32,000 nt of DNA, taken from the NCBI RefSeq assembly GCF_045344995.1, contig NZ_CP148331.1; one strand, 5' to 3'. Position 1 is the first letter of the stretch. Each line of letters begins with the position of its first letter. The notes beneath the pieces were generated by a model. The model ran no database searches. It saw nothing but the letters and a program-made list of their open reading frames with translations, and was not told the DNA's origin. Positions 26,686 to 32,000 of the stretch are shown piece after piece. The position numbers were made by a program, and so were the translations under genes. This DNA is from Escherichia coli. Lineage in GTDB: Bacteria > Pseudomonadota > Gammaproteobacteria > Enterobacterales > Enterobacteriaceae.

Positions 26686-27741
26686 TCATAATCCCAGCAC
26701 CAGTTGTCTTTCCATTTGAGGGTCAAGTAACGTCACATGCAGCCCCACCAGACGCACACCGCGCCCGCCGCGGCGTTCATCCCAGGTTTTACGCGCGGTG
26801 GCGATTAGATCAGCTTTATTCAGCCGCGGCCAGACGTGCTCCTGAGTGGTTTGCTGAAAATCGTCGAACTTTAATTTCACTCCCTGACGGGCGATCAGTA
26901 AATCAGGTTTTACCTTTGCCAGACGGCGTTCAAGTTCCGGGTACAGCCGCTCGATAATCGCTTCACATTCAGACCAGTGATGAATATCTTCCGCCATCGT
27001 GCGTTCCACGCCGACGGATTTTCGCAACCGTTCGCTGTTAACGTCGCGCTCGTCAATCCCCTGACTACGCTCCCACAAAATGCGGCCAAATTTGCCAAAA
27101 CGTTTGAGCAGAGTCACCAGATCACACTTTTGCACATCACCGCAGGTCCGCAGCCCCATCGCTTCCAGTTTTGCCGCCGAGACTTTGCCGACGCCGGGGA
27201 TTTTTGCCAGCGGTAAGGTTTGTAAAAATGTCGGAACTTCTGCCGGCGTAATCACAAACTGGCCGTTGGGTTTATTCATGTCGGAGGCGATTTTGGCGAG
27301 AAACTTTACTGGTGCCACGCCCGCAGACGCCGTCAGTTGCAGCTCGTTGAAGATTGTCTGGCGGATTTCCTGGGCGATGAGGGTCGCAGAACCGTGGCAA
27401 TGGACGCTATCAGTGACATCGAGATAGGCTTCATCCAGTGACAACGGTTCAATACGCGAGGTGTAGCGCGAGAAGATTTCACGGATATGATTTGAGGCTT
27501 CTTTGTAGGCGTCAAAGCGCCCCGGAAGCAAGGTGAGATGTGGGCATAATTTGAGCGCCATCCCTGTCGGCATAGCGCTACGTACGCCAAATTTACGCGC
27601 GGGATAATTGGCGGTGCTGATCACCCCCCGACGTTCGCGGCTGCCGCCAATAGCAATAGGGATATTGCGCAGGGCGGGATTGTCGCGCATCTCCACCGCT
27701 GCGAAAAAGCAGTCCATATCCACATGAATGATTTTACGCAT
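26686..27741 (-). CDS. dinB: DNA polymerase IV
   Basis: 351 aa, [33 protein letters not shown].... Confidence 0.99.
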   Translation of the reverse strand: MRKIIHVDMDCFFAAVEMRDNPALRNIPIAIGGSRERRGVISTANYPARKFGVRSAMPTGMALKLCPHLTLLPGRFDAYKEASNHIREIFSRYTSRIEPLSLDEAYLDVTDSVHCHGSATLIAQEIRQTIFNELQLTASAGVAPVKFLAKIASDMNKPNGQFVITPAEVPTFLQTLPLAKIPGVGKVSAAKLEAMGLRTCGDVQKCDLVTLLKRFGKFGRILWERSQGIDERDVNSERLRKSVGVERTMAEDIHHWSECEAIIERLYPELERRLAKVKPDLLIARQGVKLKFDDFQQTTQEHVWPRLNKADLIATARKTWDERRGGRGVRLVGLHVTLLDPQMERQLVLGL

Positions 27742-27757
27742 TGCTCACCTCTCAACA

Positions 27758-27773
27758 CTGGTAAAGTATACAG
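27758..27773. promoter_or_regulatory. LexA/SOS box of dinB
   Basis: CTG-N10-CAG (CTGGTAAAGTATACAG) 17 bp upstream of the dinB ATG. Confidence 0.85.
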
Positions 27774-27811
27774 TGATTTCAGGGTTTGAGAAATGCGTAA
27801 AGATTCAGCAT

Positions 27812-28735
27812 CTAGCGCGTTCGCTGCGAATGCACCTGCTGCTTATCCAGCTTTTGCACCAGCGGCTGCACCACTTTATCCCCATGCTGACCAAAGTATT
27901 GATACAGCGTATCGGACACACTTTTGGTCAGCACCATAATCTCAATGCGTCGGTTGCCCGCGCTTTGCGGATTTTTCGCGTCCAGCAGCATCTGGTCCGC
28001 CATCGCGCTCACCTGCATCACTTTATCTTCCGGCATTCCGGCCTCTTCCAGCACCCGACGAGCCGAAAGCGCGCGATCGCCCGAAAGGTTCCAGTTGTTG
28101 TAGATATTGTTTTTGTAGGCCATCGCATCGGTATGCCCGGTAATAATAATTTTGTTATCGAGCGAGTCGAACACTGGCGCGAGCTCCACCAGCAAAGTTT
28201 TAAAGAACGGCATAATCTGTGCGCTGCCGCGTTCAAACATATTGCGGTTCTGGTCATCTTTAATCAGCACGCGCAGTCCCTGGGGAACAATCTCCATCTC
28301 CAGATTCGCTTCCATATGTGCATCACGGGCAATGGTGTTGATACTGGTCGCCAGCTCGCCAAGCTCAGTAGCGGATTTCTTCTTCAGCAGCGCCGTTTTC
28401 TCATTGACGTCACGCGCTTTTTTCTCCGTCTCTTCCGGCACCGCCACGGTGGCAGGTTTTGGCGGATGAGACGGGCTGATTTTATTTAACGGCGACAACC
28501 CGCCGCCATTGAAAATCGACTGCCCGTGCAGCGCGGCGATAATGCTTTCACGCTCGGATTTACTGACGCTGTTGACAATCCACAGCGTCATAAACAGCGC
28601 CATCATTGCCAAAGTAAAGTCGGCGAACGCCACCTTCCACGCCCCGCCGTGGTGCCCGGCATGATTCTTTTTGATCTGCCGCCGGACGATGGTGGTTTTT
28701 GCCCCACGCTCGCGGCGCTTGCCCGTCTTTCTCAT
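27812..28735 (-). CDS. lafU: Lateral flagellar motor stator MotB homologue (full-length)
   Basis: MRKTGKRRERGAKTTIVRRQIKKNHAGHHGGAWKVAFADFTLAMMALFMTLWIV...; OmpA-like domain IIITGHTDAMAYKN...NWNLSGDRALSARRVL. Confidence 0.93.
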   Translation of the reverse strand: MRKTGKRRERGAKTTIVRRQIKKNHAGHHGGAWKVAFADFTLAMMALFMTLWIVNSVSKSERESIIAALHGQSIFNGGGLSPLNKISPSHPPKPATVAVPEETEKKARDVNEKTALLKKKSATELGELATSINTIARDAHMEANLEMEIVPQGLRVLIKDDQNRNMFERGSAQIMPFFKTLLVELAPVFDSLDNKIIITGHTDAMAYKNNIYNNWNLSGDRALSARRVLEEAGMPEDKVMQVSAMADQMLLDAKNPQSAGNRRIEIMVLTKSVSDTLYQYFGQHGDKVVQPLVQKLDKQQVHSQRTR

Positions 28736-28737
28736 GC

Positions 28738-29601
28738 TTATTCTTGCTCCAGCATCGCATTCACCCACGCGTCGAGGTTGGCGAAGGTCGGTTTAGATGC
28801 CAGATGCAGCAGCTTACGCCCGGCGTCCACCGCCAGCAGGGTCGGTTTGCCGCCTGCCTGCGCCACCAGCACGGTGCGCACGCATTCCAGCAAAGAATGT
28901 TCCGCCCGTGCCTGTTGTTCCATGGCGTTGGCAAGCGGGTCCATCAGGCAGTAGCAGATAAAGACGCCTAAAAACGTCCCCACCAGAGCCGCCGCCACTT
29001 TCAGGCCAATCAGGGCGATAGATCCATCAATCGACTGCATGGTGATGATGATGCCCAGCACCGCCGCGCAAATACCAAATCCCGGCATCGCTTCGGCAGT
29101 ACGTTGCAGCGAGCGCGACGGCGTTAACAGGGACTCTTCCGCGGTGTCCAGTTCCTGATCGAGAATGCCTTCCAGTTCGTGGGCGTCGATTTTGCCCATC
29201 GCCATCAGGCGAAAGTTATCGGCAATAAAGGTCACCAGCCGCTTCTGGGTTAATACCAACGGGTATTTCTGGAAAACGGTGCTCTCTTCCGGCTGCTCAA
29301 TATGCTGATCCAGCATGCGCAGGCCGCCGTTTTGTACCATTTCAAGCAACTCATACAGGCACATTAATAGCTGACGCTGAAACTCCGGCCCGAGCTGTTT
29401 TTTACTGATCACGCCTTTAATTTGATGGGCAATCTCTTTCAGCACATGTTTCGGGTTACCAATAATCATCGCCCCAAAACCGGCACCCAAAATAATGATC
29501 ATCTCCGCCGGTTGCCAGATAGCCACTAATTGCCCGCCCGCTTCAAAATAACCGCCAAATACGCAGCCGAGCACCACCAGTAAACCTAATATTTTTTGCA
29601 T
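28738..29601 (-). CDS. lafT: Lateral flagellar motor protein MotA homologue
   Basis: 287 aa, MQKILGLLVVLGCVFGGYFEAGGQLVAIWQPAEMIIILGAGFGAMIIGN. Confidence 0.94.
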   Translation of the reverse strand: MQKILGLLVVLGCVFGGYFEAGGQLVAIWQPAEMIIILGAGFGAMIIGNPKHVLKEIAHQIKGVISKKQLGPEFQRQLLMCLYELLEMVQNGGLRMLDQHIEQPEESTVFQKYPLVLTQKRLVTFIADNFRLMAMGKIDAHELEGILDQELDTAEESLLTPSRSLQRTAEAMPGFGICAAVLGIIITMQSIDGSIALIGLKVAAALVGTFLGVFICYCLMDPLANAMEQQARAEHSLLECVRTVLVAQAGGKPTLLAVDAGRKLLHLASKPTFANLDAWVNAMLEQE

Positions 29602-29613
29602 GATTTCTTCACT

Positions 29614-30330
29614 TTAATTCGGATAGACAAAATCACGAATTTTCTGCGCGATCTGTTTATTCAGTTGACAAATTCGGGCCTCGGTTAGCCCTAATACCAG
29701 CGCAATTTCTTTGAGATTCATCTCATGCTGGTAATACATGGAGAGGATCAGTTGCTCTTTTTCGCTTAATTGTGAAAGCGCCTGTTGCAACATTTGCTGG
29801 GTGACAAACTGCTCTTCCAGTTCCCGGCCTGCAAGCGGAATACCTGGCCCTTCGCCGTTCAGCAGTTCGTCCAGGCTGGCGAGCGTTTCCGCCCCTTCCA
29901 GTTGCTGATATTCGAGATAATCTTCATGCGAGATCCCTTCCACGGCCAGTTCTGACCACTCCGGTTCGTGCCCCAGTTTTTTACGCGTTTCGCGAATCAG
30001 GTCTTTCATCTGATGATATTTCTGTCGCAGCTGGCGCGGTCGCCAGTCGAGAGCGCGCAACTCATCCAGGATCGCGCCGCGAATACGGTGCACGGCATAG
30101 CCGGCAAAACCTTCGTCCGGCAGCCCGTAGCGGCGGATGGCATTAAGCAGCCCTATTAACGCCGTTTGTTCCATATCCTGACGGTCAATAATGCAATTAC
30201 ACTGCGGGGCAAGGTGCCGCACCACTTTACGCACCAACGGTAAATAGGCCTGCAAGTAGTGGCTCTCCTGCTGCGGGGTTAATACCAGCGCGGCAGCAAA
30301 TTCTTCTGGCTCGAATACGTCCTGTAGCAT
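29614..30330 (-). CDS. lafS: Flagellar sigma-28-like factor
   Basis: 238 aa, FliA family: DMEQTALIGLLNAIRRYGLPDEGFAGYAVHRIRGAILDELRALDW. Confidence 0.93.
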   Translation of the reverse strand: MLQDVFEPEEFAAALVLTPQQESHYLQAYLPLVRKVVRHLAPQCNCIIDRQDMEQTALIGLLNAIRRYGLPDEGFAGYAVHRIRGAILDELRALDWRPRQLRQKYHQMKDLIRETRKKLGHEPEWSELAVEGISHEDYLEYQQLEGAETLASLDELLNGEGPGIPLAGRELEEQFVTQQMLQQALSQLSEKEQLILSMYYQHEMNLKEIALVLGLTEARICQLNKQIAQKIRDFVYPN

Positions 30331-30349
30331 GTTTATATCCGCCTGGTGA

Positions 30350-30817
30350 TTACTGGAAGACCACTTTTTTCACCAGCAAATCCTTATACGGTGCGCTCAT
30401 TTTGCGACGCTGAAGATCTTTCTTTAGCGCATCAGAAATCAGTTTGCGGATGGCGGATATTTTCATGCCGCGCAAATCTTCAAATTTCATTTCCGTCAGG
30501 CATTCAACCGCAATACTTTGATACAGCGGCTCCTGATGTTTTATTTTTTCCGCTTCTTTGTCACTGGCGACCACCATCACTAATTCCGCCGACAAATAAT
30601 GGTCCGCGCCGTTGTTGTCATGCAAAGTGACAATGGTTTCCGGCAACGTCACAAACACGCTTTTGCTTTCATCCAGGGTTTCCACCGTTTCCGTCTGCGC
30701 GGCGGCAGTCGGTTTTCCTTTTCCGGCATAATGATGCCAGACACCCCATCCAGCTCCGGCCCCCACCACCAACGCCAGAACGGCGCTGACCACGCCCGCC
30801 ACCACGATTTTCTTCAT
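30350..30817 (-). CDS. lafF: FliL-like lateral flagellar protein
   Basis: 155 aa with N-terminal TM; VFVTLPETIVTLHDNNGADHYLSAELVMVVAS. Confidence 0.82.
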   Translation of the reverse strand: MKKIVVAGVVSAVLALVVGAGAGWGVWHHYAGKGKPTAAAQTETVETLDESKSVFVTLPETIVTLHDNNGADHYLSAELVMVVASDKEAEKIKHQEPLYQSIAVECLTEMKFEDLRGMKISAIRKLISDALKKDLQRRKMSAPYKDLLVKKVVFQ

Positions 30818-30824
30818 ATTGCCT

Positions 30825-31886
30825 TTACACTTTGATCAAAACGGATTCGTTCTGTTGAAATTGAGGCGCATCATCAAGCTGTAAGGCGGCACTCACCTCT
30901 TCCTGCTGATGGCCCGACTGTTGTTGTTGCTGCGACTGCCCTTCGGAGGAAACCTGTACGTTCACCTCCATAAAATTTTGCGCCGTCAGATGCTGGCGGA
31001 GATCGTCGCTAAACTGTTGTAACGCGCGGCAAACTTCACTTTGGTTCGCGCCGATGTGCACCATCAGTTTGCCGTTATCGAGTTGTACGACGATCTCGAG
31101 CTTGCCAAGCGACGGTGGATCGAGACGGATGGTGGAGATCTGCTGTTGTTTGTTGAGCTGAAAGTGGATCTGATCTTTCAACAGCGTCGTCAGTTTTTCG
31201 CCCAGTTCGTCCATTGAAAGCGTGGCTGGTTTGGCGACAATCTCCTGATGCTGGCTGACCAGCTCCGGCGTCTTAACCTGCAACACCGCACGCGCAATAA
31301 CCGGTTCGCTGTCCGGCACTTTTTCCGTTTTACGCTCGACCTGTGGGCGCGCGGTCACACGGGTTAGTTCAGGTTTCGGGCGAGCGGGCTGTGTTGAGAC
31401 GCGCGGCTGCGTCGGCGCAATGGCATGTAAATCTTCACTGGCGTAAATTGCCAGTCTGGCCTGCTGTTCGGGTTTCGCCTGCGGCAACTGACTGATCAGC
31501 TCCTGCAACTGCGGCGGCAACGGCGTGAGTTCCTGCTGCTGCGTCGGGCGTTGCGCCGCGTTTTGCACCACCGCTTTCGTCAATTGCTGGATAACCGGCG
31601 ATGTTGCGACGTTTCGCGGCTGCGGCGTGTCCTGATGCGGCGCGGCAGGTTGCGGAAGTAACAGCGCCATTAGCGCCTGCATCGCCACCGGATCGTTCTC
31701 CTGCGGGCGCGTCGCCTGTTGCTGACTGGTTTTTGCGCTATGAACGCGCTCCGCCACCGCCGCGACCGCCATTTTCGGCAGGGTAAACGCGGGCGCGTTT
31801 TCACCGCTCACCGGCGGTAAAATATCCGCTTTCAGCGACGCTGTTTCCGCAAGCGTTCCGAGCGTGGCAAGCAATGCCGGATTCAT
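30825..31886 (-). CDS. lafE: FliK-like hook-length control protein
   Basis: 353 aa, Pro/Gln-rich N-terminus and FliK C-terminal domain IRLDPPSLGKLEIVVQLDNGKLMVHIGANQSEVCRALQ. Confidence 0.87.
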   Translation of the reverse strand: MNPALLATLGTLAETASLKADILPPVSGENAPAFTLPKMAVAAVAERVHSAKTSQQQATRPQENDPVAMQALMALLLPQPAAPHQDTPQPRNVATSPVIQQLTKAVVQNAAQRPTQQQELTPLPPQLQELISQLPQAKPEQQARLAIYASEDLHAIAPTQPRVSTQPARPKPELTRVTARPQVERKTEKVPDSEPVIARAVLQVKTPELVSQHQEIVAKPATLSMDELGEKLTTLLKDQIHFQLNKQQQISTIRLDPPSLGKLEIVVQLDNGKLMVHIGANQSEVCRALQQFSDDLRQHLTAQNFMEVNVQVSSEGQSQQQQQSGHQQEEVSAALQLDDAPQFQQNESVLIKV

Positions 31887-32000
31887 GACTTCTCCGAAAG
31901 TAAATTAACAATTGAGTAGGCGAGCACACCTTCCTGATGCCGCTGATGCTGTTCCATACGCGCTTTCAACACTTCTGCGCGCTGCTCGCGCCGTTTAATC
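31883..32000 (-). CDS. lafD: Lateral flagellar protein preceding lafE (LafD/FliT-like), partial
   Basis: ...IKRREQRAEVLKARMEQHQRHQEGVLAYSIVNLLSEKS*, ATGA overlap with lafE start; runs off the window. Confidence 0.6.
   Translation of the reverse strand, partial: IKRREQRAEVLKARMEQHQRHQEGVLAYSIVNLLSEKS

Noticed and set aside
27728-28489. 253-aa plus-strand ORF opposite lafU
   Set aside because: Antisense to a convincing MotB homologue; His-rich artefactual translation.

Overview
Enterobacterial (E. coli-like) chromosome at the thrW-proA junction. Left flank (1-~4865): MFS exporter fragment, secreted alpha/beta hydrolase, LysR regulator, a DUF1471-like small protein and a 5'-truncated SDR gene. 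The SDR gene is fused at ~4860 to the 3' end of a P22-like integrase gene, which is followed by a degenerate thrW-3'-like att copy. Centre (~5036-16733): a P4-type satellite or integrative element in the 3' end of tRNA-Thr(CGT) (thrW). It carries a YefM/YoeB-type TA pair, an Ogr/Delta-type activator, a catalytic-domain-less P2-like integrase fragment, a likely iteron origin, an alpha-type primase-helicase, a cluster of small unknown ORFs, an Icd-like ORF, a YlcI/YnfO-like gene with a phased palindrome array, a two-gene operon (unknown 290-aa protein plus a diverged P2 gpN-like capsid homologue), an AlpA regulator and a P4-type integrase. Right flank: core genes proA, proB, phoE, crl, frsA, gpt, pepD, a decayed rtcB-prfH module, yafP, yafO, yafN, dinB and the end of the Flag-2 lateral flagellar locus (lafU, lafT, lafS, lafF, lafE, partial lafD). 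The most interesting candidates are the isolated capsid-homologue operon (12476-14365), the TGTTTAAACA operator array (11957-12057), the GGGAACA iteron cluster (7143-7350) and the stand-alone integrase N-terminal protein (6518-7066). All family assignments come from reading the translations; no database search was run.
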